Of a stretch of DNA of 32,000 nt, positions 17,152 to 25,305 are shown in pieces. Under the pieces are notes generated by a model, which had not been told where the DNA came from, ran no database searches, and saw nothing but the letters and a program-made list of their open reading frames with translations. The stretch is taken from positions 870,001 to 902,000 of the forward strand of contig NC_010546.1 of NCBI RefSeq assembly GCF_000017845.1, read 5' to 3'. Within the stretch, counting starts at the first letter, position 1, and every line of letters begins with the position of its first letter. This stretch comes from Crocosphaera subtropica ATCC 51142. Lineage in GTDB: Bacteria > Cyanobacteriota > Cyanobacteriia > Cyanobacteriales > Microcystaceae. The translations under genes and the position numbers were made by a program.

Positions 17152-18033
17152 TTAATAGGTTTTCTGACGAGTGGCCAAACGTGCTGTAACACTGGTAATT
17201 AACACCAATAACACTAAAATTAAAGATCCTGCCCAAGCCAGTTCCTGTTGGGGTTTAAACGGCACAATAGCGTAGTTATAAACCAATACGGATAGGGTAG
17301 CAATGGGTTCGAGGAATCCTTTTGGGGGAGGACTTGGCCAGAAATTGGAGTAAAGTGCCGTAAAAATAAGAGGGGCGGTTTCTCCAGCAGCACGGGCAAT
17401 GGCTAAGGTAACCCCTGTCAAAATGGAAGGAATAGCAGCCGGCAAGACCACTTTTAACACCGTTTGGTAATTATAAGCCCCAATACCGAAGGCCGCCCAA
17501 CGCACGTCTTGAGGAACAATTTGCAGGGCTTCATCCGTTGTTCTAACGATGGTAGGTAACATCAAAACCGCTAAGGCAACCCCCCCGGCAATGGCCGAAA
17601 AACCCACAATACCGGTAGCCACCAATAAACCATAGGCAAATACCCCGGCAATAATGGAAGGAACCCCACTTAAAACATTAGTGGCAAACCTAACCCATTT
17701 GGCAACTTGGTTATCACGGCTAAATTCAGACAGATAAACTGCAGCTAATACCCCAAAGGGAACAGAAATAATCGCACCAATGGTCACTGTAATTAAGGTT
17801 CCAATAATCGCATTGGCAATACCTCCTTCTGAAAGTCCAGGGGGAGGAGGTAACTGAGTAAATAAGTCTAAATTAATCTGACGAAACCCTTGAAGTCCAA
17901 CAAAGATTAACACCGCAAACAGAGGAATGAGAGTGACAATCATACAGAGAGAAGCAATACCCGTCCAGAAGCTATCAAATAAGGCACGGGAAGACGTAGG
18001 CTTTTTTTTAAGACTTAATCCCTTGTTTTCCAT
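17152..18033 (-). CDS. pstA: Phosphate ABC transporter permease PstA
   Basis: Polytopic permease with GGIANAIIGTL and the EAA-loop-like segment RTTDEALQIVPQDVRWAAFGIGA. The start at MENKGLS (18033) is preferred. Confidence 0.9.
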   Translation of the reverse strand: MENKGLSLKKKPTSSRALFDSFWTGIASLCMIVTLIPLFAVLIFVGLQGFRQINLDLFTQLPPPPGLSEGGIANAIIGTLITVTIGAIISVPFGVLAAVYLSEFSRDNQVAKWVRFATNVLSGVPSIIAGVFAYGLLVATGIVGFSAIAGGVALAVLMLPTIVRTTDEALQIVPQDVRWAAFGIGAYNYQTVLKVVLPAAIPSILTGVTLAIARAAGETAPLIFTALYSNFWPSPPPKGFLEPIATLSVLVYNYAIVPFKPQQELAWAGSLILVLLVLITSVTARLATRQKTY

Positions 18034-18111
18034 AACTAATAAGTATCTCGATAAAATAAACGTTACGGTTAAGATGAAGCAGAAGACAAAAGGCAAAAGG
18101 CAAACATAAGT

Positions 18112-18169
18112 AACCTAAGTTCGGTGTTAGGGGTTCGGAGTTAGGATTTTTTTATATCGAACTCAGGTT
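18112..18169. repeat. Inverted pair of the CGAACTCAGGT motif enclosing a (GTTMGGN)x4 heptamer array
   Basis: AACCTAAGTTCGG (18112-18124) pairs with CGAACTCAGGTT (18158-18169). The heptamers at 18119-18146 are the complement of the 6911-6945 family. Confidence 0.65.
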
Positions 18170-18220
18170 TAGTGAGTGTTAGAGGGGTGGGAAGTGTGGA
18201 AAGAAAATTAACATTTTTCT

Positions 18221-18295
18221 CCCTCTGCTCCCTATTCCCTATTCCCTACTCCCTACTCTCGTCTCCCTACTCCCTACTCCCTACTCCCTACTCCC
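18221..18295. repeat. STRR-like heptamer array (CCCTACT / CCCTATT), ten C3 tracts
   Basis: Read directly from the sequence: CCCTCTGCTCCCTATTCCCTATTCCCTACTCCCTACTCTCGTCTCCCTACTCCCTACTCCCTACTCCCTACTCCC. It lies in the pstC-pstA spacer. Confidence 0.9.
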
Positions 18296-18331
18296 ACACA
18301 GTCTCGACTAGCAAATTCGATAATAAACAGC

Positions 18332-19294
18332 TTAATATTTCGCTCGAACTTGACTAACGATATAATCCGCAGCAATATTCACCACTAACGTTAAAAGCAT
18401 TAACACTAACCCTGCATACATGAGGGCTGCCACCTGCATTCCCGAAGCTTCAGCAAACTGGTTAGCAATTAAAGATGAGATGGTATTAGCCGGTTCTAAA
18501 ATAGAAATACTAATTCGATTGACATTCCCAATAATCATGGTCACGGCCATGGTTTCTCCCATTGCCCGACCCAATGCTAACATAATACCCCCCACAATAC
18601 CGGAAAAAGCAGCCGGGATGAGTACACGAAAAATGGTTTCCCAACGGGTTGCCCCTAATCCTAAAGAGGCTTGGCGTAAGTCAGGGGGAAGGGCAGCCAA
18701 AGAATCACGGGAAATCGCCGTAATAATCGGTAAAATCATAATCGATAGCACAATACCCGCAGGAAACATTCCCGGTCCACCCGCCGGAGGGGTACTAAAC
18801 AGAGGAATCCAACCAAAATTATTGTGTAACCACATAGCCAAAGGTTGAACCACGGGAATTAAGACAAAAATCCCCCACAGTCCATAAACCACACTGGGAA
18901 TGGCTGCTAATAACTCTACTAAGAAAACTAAGGGGGTCCGAAATTTTAAGGGGATAAAATTTTCACTTAAAAATATAGCCGTTCCAATGCCTAGGGGAAC
19001 CGCAATGACCAAAGAAATTAAAGAACTCACTAACGTTCCATAAATAACCGGCAATGCGCCGTATTGTTCTCGGCCTTTAACCGGATTCCAAGAACTACTA
19101 AATAGGAAACTTAAACCATATTCTTGAATGGCTGGCCAAGCACGCCAAGCAATAATAAAAGCGATCGAAATAAGAATTAAACCGATACCGAGAGCGAAGG
19201 CTAAGGTTAGCCAAATAAACCAATTATCAACGGTTTTTTCCATGGCCGAGCGAAAGCCCACGCCGGTTTGTCGTCTAGAAGATGATGCAGTCAC
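18332..19294 (-). CDS. pstC: Phosphate ABC transporter permease PstC
   Basis: 320 aa, polytopic, with the W-N-P motif region (SSSWNPVKGREQYGALPVIYGT) and an EAA loop (RDSLAALPPDLRQASLGLGATRWE). Confidence 0.9.
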   Translation of the reverse strand: MTASSSRRQTGVGFRSAMEKTVDNWFIWLTLAFALGIGLILISIAFIIAWRAWPAIQEYGLSFLFSSSWNPVKGREQYGALPVIYGTLVSSLISLVIAVPLGIGTAIFLSENFIPLKFRTPLVFLVELLAAIPSVVYGLWGIFVLIPVVQPLAMWLHNNFGWIPLFSTPPAGGPGMFPAGIVLSIMILPIITAISRDSLAALPPDLRQASLGLGATRWETIFRVLIPAAFSGIVGGIMLALGRAMGETMAVTMIIGNVNRISISILEPANTISSLIANQFAEASGMQVAALMYAGLVLMLLTLVVNIAADYIVSQVRAKY

Positions 19295-19426
19295 AATAGG
19301 TTAAGCAAGCTAAGTTACTCAGAAAAACAACAGTGAAAAAAAGTGAGGAGAGAACGAAAGATGGGAGCATCAGGGGAAATCATGGGTTTTTGTGAGGCCT
19401 TTTCCCCTCACTGATTATGTGATTAA

Positions 19427-20584
19427 TTAGTTAACTTTTATTTCATAATCAGGGCTAATGACATCGGCTGCAGCGGCCACTTTCTCTCTAACACTAGGAG
19501 GTAAAGGAACATAACCTAACTGTTTACTTTGTTCTTGACCTTCCGTTAAAGCATATTGAATCATGGCTTCCATAGCGATCGCTTTTTGGGGATCATCGTA
19601 GGTTTCGTACGCTAAGATCCAAGTGTAGGTAACGATGGGATAGGATTGATCGCCTTCGGGATCGGTAATAAAGGCCCGTAAATTCTCAGGTAAGGTTACC
19701 GCATCTAATGTAGCTGAGGCACTCTCATCGGTGGGGGCAATATAGTTCCCGGAAGCATTTTCTAACTCAGCCACAGGAATACTATTTTGTTTGGCGTAAC
19801 CATATTCAATGTAACCAATGGAACCTTCGTTTTGCTGAATGGATGCAGTTACCCCTTCATTGCCTTTTCCCCCAATAAATTTACCTTTATCGGTTGGCCA
19901 TTCAACACTTTTTCCTTGACCAATGCTGGCTTCCCATTCTTGGCTGATGGAACTAAGATGCTTGGTAAATACCCCTGTGGTACCACTGCCATCGGAACGG
20001 TGAACCACGGTAATGGGTTGATCGGGTAATTGGAGATCCGGGTTAGCTTCCGCAATAATGGGATCATTCCAGTTGGTAATTGTCCCATTGAAAATGCCCA
20101 CATAGGCTTCTCTAGAAAGTTTCAGTCCTTCAACACCGGGCAAATTATAAGCCATCACAATACTGCCGGCGGTGACAGGCAGCAAAAGAGTGCCTCTTTC
20201 AACTGCGGCCATTTCTTCGTCTGTCATGGCTACGTCACTGGCTCCAAAATCCACGGTTCCGGCGGTAAACTGTTCGACTCCAGCACCACTTCCTACGGAC
20301 TGGTAGTTAACTTGGAGACTAGGTACTTCCTTGTTTAGCTGTACAAACCAGTTTTGATATAAGGGTGCAGGGAAAGAAGCACCCGCACCGGTTAAGGCCA
20401 CATTCCCTTCCAGGGGAGGGTTCAACGCAGTGGTTGTTCCTTCGCTTCCACTATCGGGGGTGGTTGTGGTGGTATCTGGGGTATCAGAAGACCCACCTCC
20501 GCAAGCCCCTAAACTGACTGCTAAACTCAAAATTGATAAGGATGTTATTATGGTGCGTTTACTTGATTTCACAGGTGTGAACAT
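19427..20584 (-). CDS. pstS: Phosphate-binding lipoprotein PstS
   Basis: 385 aa with the lipobox LGAC, a T/S/G-rich linker and PstS motifs (TGAGASFP, YQSVGSGAG, HRSDGSGTT). Confidence 0.9.
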   Translation of the reverse strand: MFTPVKSSKRTIITSLSILSLAVSLGACGGGSSDTPDTTTTTPDSGSEGTTTALNPPLEGNVALTGAGASFPAPLYQNWFVQLNKEVPSLQVNYQSVGSGAGVEQFTAGTVDFGASDVAMTDEEMAAVERGTLLLPVTAGSIVMAYNLPGVEGLKLSREAYVGIFNGTITNWNDPIIAEANPDLQLPDQPITVVHRSDGSGTTGVFTKHLSSISQEWEASIGQGKSVEWPTDKGKFIGGKGNEGVTASIQQNEGSIGYIEYGYAKQNSIPVAELENASGNYIAPTDESASATLDAVTLPENLRAFITDPEGDQSYPIVTYTWILAYETYDDPQKAIAMEAMIQYALTEGQEQSKQLGYVPLPPSVREKVAAAADVISPDYEIKVN

Positions 20585-20632
20585 AGGGCTTCATTGTTAA
20601 TTGGATAAACTAAACAAATCTTAAAGCAGAAT

Positions 20633-20674
20633 CTAACAATTTATGGTAAACATTAGGTTAAGAAAATCATAAAC
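20633..20674 (-). promoter_or_regulatory. Candidate Pho-box array (SphR/PhoB sites) upstream of pstS
   Basis: The minus strand reads TTTATGAT-ttt-CTTAACCT-aat-GTTTACCA-taa-ATTGTTAG. These are 8-bp units at 11-bp spacing resembling the cyanobacterial Pho box PyTTAAPyPy(T/A). A TAAGAT -10-like hexamer (20618-20623) follows. Confidence 0.4.
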
Positions 20675-20840
20675 TCTGAACATTTAAGACTTTTTTTTCT
20701 TTATAAAACTGCTTATATAAAAAAAAGATTAATTTTTTTATTTCCCTAGTAATGAAGGATTATGATTGCTTCATTATCAGTAAAGGCCTCGTTTCTCTTC
20801 AAAGTACCGTAGCTAAGGACTAGATCAGAAAAGTTAATAG

Positions 20841-20881
20841 TTTAAGTTCTAGTTAACTTGTGGTTTCAAATTAATTGCTAA
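20841..20881 (+). promoter_or_regulatory. Candidate Pho-box array upstream of sphX
   Basis: The plus strand reads TTTAAGTT-cta-GTTAACTT-gtg-GTTTCAAA-tta-ATTGCTAA with 11-bp periodicity. The array ends about 30 nt before the ATG at 20913. Confidence 0.4.
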
Positions 20882-20912
20882 TTTCTGTCATTTAAAAAAG
20901 GTAAAACTAGAG

Positions 20913-21950
20913 ATGATAACGAATATTTATAAAATTTTCAAGGTCAGAAGTTGGGGTGTCCCTTTTATCTCGTTGTCTTTATTATCTGCTTGTGGTTCTG
21001 TTCCTGAATCAGTGATTGAACCCATAAAAATTGACGGGTCGAGTACGGTTTTTCCCATTACAGAACGGGTCTTAGAAAGCTATAAAAGCGAAGCAGTCAA
21101 CCCATCTATCAAAGAACTTAAAATCGAAGGAGAATTTTCGGGAACCACTCAGGGTTTTGAGAAATTTTGTACCGGGAAAACGGACATTAATGCAGCGTCT
21201 CGTCCCATTTCGACTGAGGAAATGACAGCTTGTAGTGGCAATGAAATCCGTTATATAGAGCTTCCCATTGCCTTCGATGCTATTACCGTCGTCGTTAATC
21301 CTAACAATGATTGGACTCAAACCTTAACCGTTGAACAATTGAGAAAAATGTGGGAACCTACCGCAGAAAATCAGGTGAGTCAATGGAATCAAGTGGATCA
21401 GACTTATCCTAATCGTCCTTTAACTTTGTACGGACCAGGGGAACTCTCAGGTACCTACGACTACTTTACCAAAGCGATTGTGGGAGAAACTGGTGCCAGT
21501 CGTCAAGATTATGTCAAAAGTGAGGATGATGAGGTTTTAGTTACAGGGGTAGCTCAAGATCCTAACGCTCTTAGTTATTTTGGCTTTGGTTATTATCAGC
21601 AAAATCAAGATAAACTCAAAGCTGTTGCTGTTGATAATGGTAAGGGTGGGGTCATTCCTTCGATAGAAACGGTAAAAGATGAGGCGTACCAGCCTTTATC
21701 TCGTCCTCTGTTTATTTATGTTAACGCCAAGCGAGCGCAAGAAAATCCGGCCTTAGAGGTTTTTGTGGAATACTATTTAGATAAGGCTCCAGAATTAGTA
21801 GCAGATGCCGGTTATATTCCTTTGCCCCCAGATGCTTATCATCTGGCTAAAATCCACTTACAACGGTTTGATGTGGGGAGTGTCTTTGAAGGCAAACCCC
21901 AAATTGGCCTTACTATCAGCGATTTAATGCGTCAACCTGCTAAGTTTTAG
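20913..21950 (+). CDS. sphX: PstS-family phosphate-binding lipoprotein, SphX-like
   Basis: 345 aa with the lipobox LSAC and motifs IDGSSTVFP and GPGELSGTYDYF, which are typical of the SphX/PstS-II subfamily. It is divergent from the pst operon. Confidence 0.75.
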   Translation: MITNIYKIFKVRSWGVPFISLSLLSACGSVPESVIEPIKIDGSSTVFPITERVLESYKSEAVNPSIKELKIEGEFSGTTQGFEKFCTGKTDINAASRPISTEEMTACSGNEIRYIELPIAFDAITVVVNPNNDWTQTLTVEQLRKMWEPTAENQVSQWNQVDQTYPNRPLTLYGPGELSGTYDYFTKAIVGETGASRQDYVKSEDDEVLVTGVAQDPNALSYFGFGYYQQNQDKLKAVAVDNGKGGVIPSIETVKDEAYQPLSRPLFIYVNAKRAQENPALEVFVEYYLDKAPELVADAGYIPLPPDAYHLAKIHLQRFDVGSVFEGKPQIGLTISDLMRQPAKF

Positions 21951-22049
21951 TTTAACCCTTATTTAAACGTGAGGGTCCGACGAATCTGTCACCGATGACA
22001 AATAATGTGTCACTGTACAACAAAATATGCTTTCTATATGAATGTCAAA

Positions 22050-22121
22050 AGCCCGTGACGAGGATTGAACTCGTGACCTCACCCTTACCAAGGGTGTGCT
22101 CTACCACTGAGCCACACGGGC
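22050..22121 (-). tRNA. tRNA-Thr (anticodon GGU)
   Basis: The reverse complement folds as a cloverleaf. The acceptor stem is GCCCGTG/CACGGGC, the D stem GCTC/GAGC and the anticodon stem CACCC/GGGTG with loop TTGGTAA. The T stem is ACGAG/CTCGT with loop TTCAATC. Confidence 0.9.
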
Positions 22122-22133
22122 ATAGGTTTTAGG

Positions 22134-22218
22134 TGGTGGGCCGAGCTGGATTTGAACCAGCGTAGGCATAGCCAGCGGATTTACAGTCCGCCCCCATTAA
22201 CCACTCGGGCATCGACCC
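22134..22218 (-). tRNA. tRNA-Tyr (anticodon GUA), long variable arm, encoded CCA
   Basis: The reverse complement is 85 nt. The acceptor stem is GGGTCGA/TCGGCCC and the anticodon stem GCGGA/TCCGC with loop CTGTAAA. The T stem is GCTGG/CCAGC with loop TTCAAAT, and the 3' end is ACCA. Confidence 0.9.
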
Positions 22219-22386
22219 ATTTATCTCACAATTATTAATATTAGCATAGGGATCTGACAATTTCAACCATTCAAAAAAAATTTATTTTTTTAGTTAGTTT
22301 CCGATTCTACCCCTAGGCTCTTGACGGGTTAAGATAATATGGTAAGGAAGTAATTGTATGTTACAAAATCTTAATGTAAGTTAGCC

Positions 22387-24423
22387 TTGTTCAATCTCCT
22401 AGCCAAAATCAAAGAGATTCTCAGACGGTGGTGGTCAGAATTTACCCTGCAAACCAAGTTAATGGCAGCAGCAACCCTGGCCGTCTCCTTATTCATGAGT
22501 GGTTTAACCTTTTGGGCGGTTAATACCATTCAAAAAGATGCACAGTTAAATGATACGCGCTTTGGTCGAGATTTGGGGTTATTACTAGCTTCTAATGTTG
22601 CCCCCCTCATTGCTGAGGATAATTTAACCGATGTCGCCCGTTTTTCCAGTCGTTTTTATCAGAGTACCTCTAGTGTCCGCTACATTATTTACACAGACGA
22701 AACGGGACAGATTTTCTTTGGTATTCCCTATTCGTCGGCTGAGGTTCAAAATTCCTTAACGATTGAACGTCGTTTACAACTGCCGAACTTTCCGGTGGAT
22801 CATGATACCTTACCCCTAGTCAGACAGCATAAAAGTCCTAACGGCGAAGTCACCGACGTTTTTGTTCCCCTTAAACACGAAGGGAAACACTTAGGTTATT
22901 TAGCCATTGGCATTAATCCTAATGCTACGGTAGTCAACTCGTCGAATTTAACCCGTGATGTTACCATCGCTGTGTTTGTGGCGATTTGGGCGATGGTTAT
23001 TTTAGGGGCAGTTTTTAATGCTTTAACCATCACTCGGCCCATCAAAGAATTGTTGGTGGGGGTAAAGAATATTGCAGCCGGAAACTTTAAACAACGGATT
23101 AATCTTCCTTTTGGTGGAGAGTTAGGAGAATTAATTTTTAGCTTCAATGAAATGGCGAAACGTCTTGAACGTTACGAAGAACAAAATATTGAGGAATTGA
23201 CCGCAGAAAAAGCGAAATTAGATACGTTGGTTTCTACCATCGTCGACGGGGCAATTTTATTAGATACTCATCTCAATTTACTGTTAGTGAATCCTACAGC
23301 AAGACGAATGTTTGTCTGGGAAGGAAAAGATGTCATTGGGGAAAATATTCTCCAACTTTTACCCGCAGAGTTAACCACTCAATTGCAAACTCCCCTAGAA
23401 CAAATGATACAGCAAAATGCTACGGAGTCTAACGAATCAGAACTAGAGAAAAACCCAGAAACGACATCCTTACAACAAAAAATTAGCCCCGGAGAATACC
23501 GTATTAGTCTCAGTCAACCTACATCAAGAATTGTTCGGGTTCTTTTAACCCAAGTATTTGATCAACACCGAGGAACCTTAAAAGGTATCGCAATGACGGT
23601 ACAGGATATTACCCGTGAGGTGGAATTAAATGAGGCAAAAAGTCAATTCATTAGTAACGTATCCCATGAATTAAGAACCCCCTTATTTAATATTAAATCT
23701 TTTATCGAAACCTTATCAGAATTCGGAGAAGATTTAACCGAAACCGAACGCAAGGAATTTCTAGAAACGGCTAATCATGAAACTGATCGCCTTACTCGTT
23801 TGGTCAACGATGTTTTAGATTTATCTCGTTTGGAATCTTCTAAAACTTATCATCTCAATGGAGTAGATTTATCTCAGTTAATTGAACAAACTTTAAGAAC
23901 TTATCAACTGAATGCTAAGGACAAAGAATTAGTTTTAAATAAAGAAGTTGAACCTAATTTACCTTTAATCTTAGGACATTATGATTTATTGTTACAAGTG
24001 ATGACTAATTTAGTGGGGAATGCTCTCAAATTTACCCCTTCTGGTGGTATTATTGTTATTCGTGCTTATCATTTTAAAACAAAATCCAAACAATTTAATG
24101 ATAAATCCTGTGTAAGAGTTGAGATATCAGACACAGGAATTGGCATTGCCCCTGAAGATCAAGCAGCCATTTTTGACCGCTTTTTCCGTGTAGAAAATCG
24201 AGTTCATACCCTCGAAGGAACAGGGTTAGGATTATCCATTGTCAAAAATATTATTGATAAACATCACAGTCAAATTCATCTCATTAGTGAAGTGGGCATC
24301 GGTACAACCTTTTGGTTTGATTTAGCCCTTTATCAAGATAATTGTTCCCCCTCAGAAGGCTGTAACAACGAAACCATACTACCGAGAACCGTTGATGTCC
24401 ATCCCAATAGTTTACTCTTTTAG
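22387..24423 (+). CDS. nblS: Membrane sensor histidine kinase, Hik33/NblS (DspA)-like
   Basis: 678 aa with two TM helices around a periplasmic loop. The HAMP domain reads RPIKELLVGVKNIAAGNF...FNEMAKRL and is followed by a PAS-like segment. The H-box is SHELRTPL, the G1 box SDTGIGI and the G2 box GTGLGLSIV. The start is a TTG at 22387 and is uncertain. Confidence 0.75.
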   Translation: MFNLLAKIKEILRRWWSEFTLQTKLMAAATLAVSLFMSGLTFWAVNTIQKDAQLNDTRFGRDLGLLLASNVAPLIAEDNLTDVARFSSRFYQSTSSVRYIIYTDETGQIFFGIPYSSAEVQNSLTIERRLQLPNFPVDHDTLPLVRQHKSPNGEVTDVFVPLKHEGKHLGYLAIGINPNATVVNSSNLTRDVTIAVFVAIWAMVILGAVFNALTITRPIKELLVGVKNIAAGNFKQRINLPFGGELGELIFSFNEMAKRLERYEEQNIEELTAEKAKLDTLVSTIVDGAILLDTHLNLLLVNPTARRMFVWEGKDVIGENILQLLPAELTTQLQTPLEQMIQQNATESNESELEKNPETTSLQQKISPGEYRISLSQPTSRIVRVLLTQVFDQHRGTLKGIAMTVQDITREVELNEAKSQFISNVSHELRTPLFNIKSFIETLSEFGEDLTETERKEFLETANHETDRLTRLVNDVLDLSRLESSKTYHLNGVDLSQLIEQTLRTYQLNAKDKELVLNKEVEPNLPLILGHYDLLLQVMTNLVGNALKFTPSGGIIVIRAYHFKTKSKQFNDKSCVRVEISDTGIGIAPEDQAAIFDRFFRVENRVHTLEGTGLGLSIVKNIIDKHHSQIHLISEVGIGTTFWFDLALYQDNCSPSEGCNNETILPRTVDVHPNSLLF

Positions 24424-24785
24424 TTAGATAAAGCGATGGCTAAACTAATACCAATCAATCCTAATATTAATAATACCCCCCGATAACGATAACACCAGCG
24501 TTTAATCACAGTTAGAGGGTTTCCTGGTGTTAATTTAATCGTTTCTTCTGTAATTAGGGGTTCAGTTTTATCGTGGTATAAAGTGCAAGTTTTGGCGTAA
24601 GGACGTTTATCGTAAGTACAGCTATCATCGTCGTGATATAAACAGCGATCGCATAAAAATTCTGTTTGTGTTGCTTGATACAAGGGAATTCCAGGATGTC
24701 CAAAAGCTTTTAAAGGAGTTCGACAATGGGGACAGTCAATAGCTTGACTATTAACAAGTTGTTGACATCGGGGACAAGTAATCAT
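24420..24785 (-). CDS. Zinc-ribbon protein with C-terminal transmembrane anchor
   Basis: 121 aa. It begins MITCPRCQQLVNSQAIDCPHCRTPL (CxxC...CxxC), has a second cysteine cluster (CDRC...C) and ends in a hydrophobic tail (GVLLILGLIGISLAIAL). Confidence 0.6.
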   Translation of the reverse strand: MITCPRCQQLVNSQAIDCPHCRTPLKAFGHPGIPLYQATQTEFLCDRCLYHDDDSCTYDKRPYAKTCTLYHDKTEPLITEETIKLTPGNPLTVIKRWCYRYRGVLLILGLIGISLAIALSN

Positions 24786-25009
24786 TTAGACTTTCCGTTT
24801 TGCTGTACTTTGAGTTGCCAACCGAGAAAGGCAAATCGACTGATGGAGTTGACGAGTTTAGTTTCACTTTCTTTGACTTTTAGTCCTCTATCTGCCAGGA
24901 ATTTCTCTATTTCCTAAAGACAGAGTTTGATAGCTTTAGGAGCTATGACCCTTTCCATGAGGGAAGTGTGGTTAATCCTATTAAAACACTTTTCTAAGTA
25001 GTCGGACAT
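24782..25009 (-). pseudogene. Relic of a group-II-intron-type reverse transcriptase ORF (internally deleted, in-frame stop)
   Basis: A single frame reads SDYLEKCFNRINHTSLMERVIAPKAIKLCL*EIEKFLADRGLKVKESETKLVNSISRFAFLGWQLKVQQNGKSK*. The first part resembles the RT-3 block (DIxKCFDxIxH). The second resembles the post-palm block (FLxxRGLxLxxxKTxI...GFxFLG). The YADD palm between them is missing. Confidence 0.4.
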
Positions 25010-25305
25010 AAATATAATTAACTGTCCTAAGAAATGTAAATTAAGACCTTCCCCTCCTGCCTCCCCTGCTCCCCCTGCTTACTCTACAGTAACGTTTATT
25101 TTTGTCCAGGTACTTATATTTAGCTCAACTATTGTCTTTTTTATTCCATTTTAACCCCTATCTATCCTCTCAACAGCATACTTCCAAGATAATATCAGAA
25201 GCGAAAGTGAAAAAACTTCTGGCAAAACTACTATCATAATCTCCAATTTGACGGTAGAGTATGTCAAAATCATAAAGTGGCAAACAAGGGAACACAGAGT
25301 TAAGA

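Noticed and set aside
18172-18357. 61-aa plus-strand ORF with repeating PYSLL peptide units
   Set aside because: It is only the translation of the CCCTACT heptamer array in the pstC-pstA spacer. It has no RBS and shows no protein-like features.
17927-20338. Plus-strand ORFs 17927-18109, 18420-18848, 19787-20029 and 20030-20338, and minus-strand ORF 19849-20103
   Set aside because: They are antisense or off-frame within pstA, pstC and pstS, whose own frames carry clear family motifs.
22387-24423. Calling the histidine kinase SphS/PhoR because it lies near the pst/sphX cluster
   Set aside because: Its architecture (two TM helices with a periplasmic loop, HAMP, PAS, 678 aa) and N-terminal sequence fit Hik33/NblS better than SphS, which as I recall is shorter and lacks the periplasmic loop. 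No adjacent response regulator is present. This remains an inference without a database search.
24726-24917. 63-aa plus-strand ORF upstream of the zinc-ribbon gene
   Set aside because: It is antisense to both the zinc-ribbon gene start and the RT-like relic and has no recognisable features.
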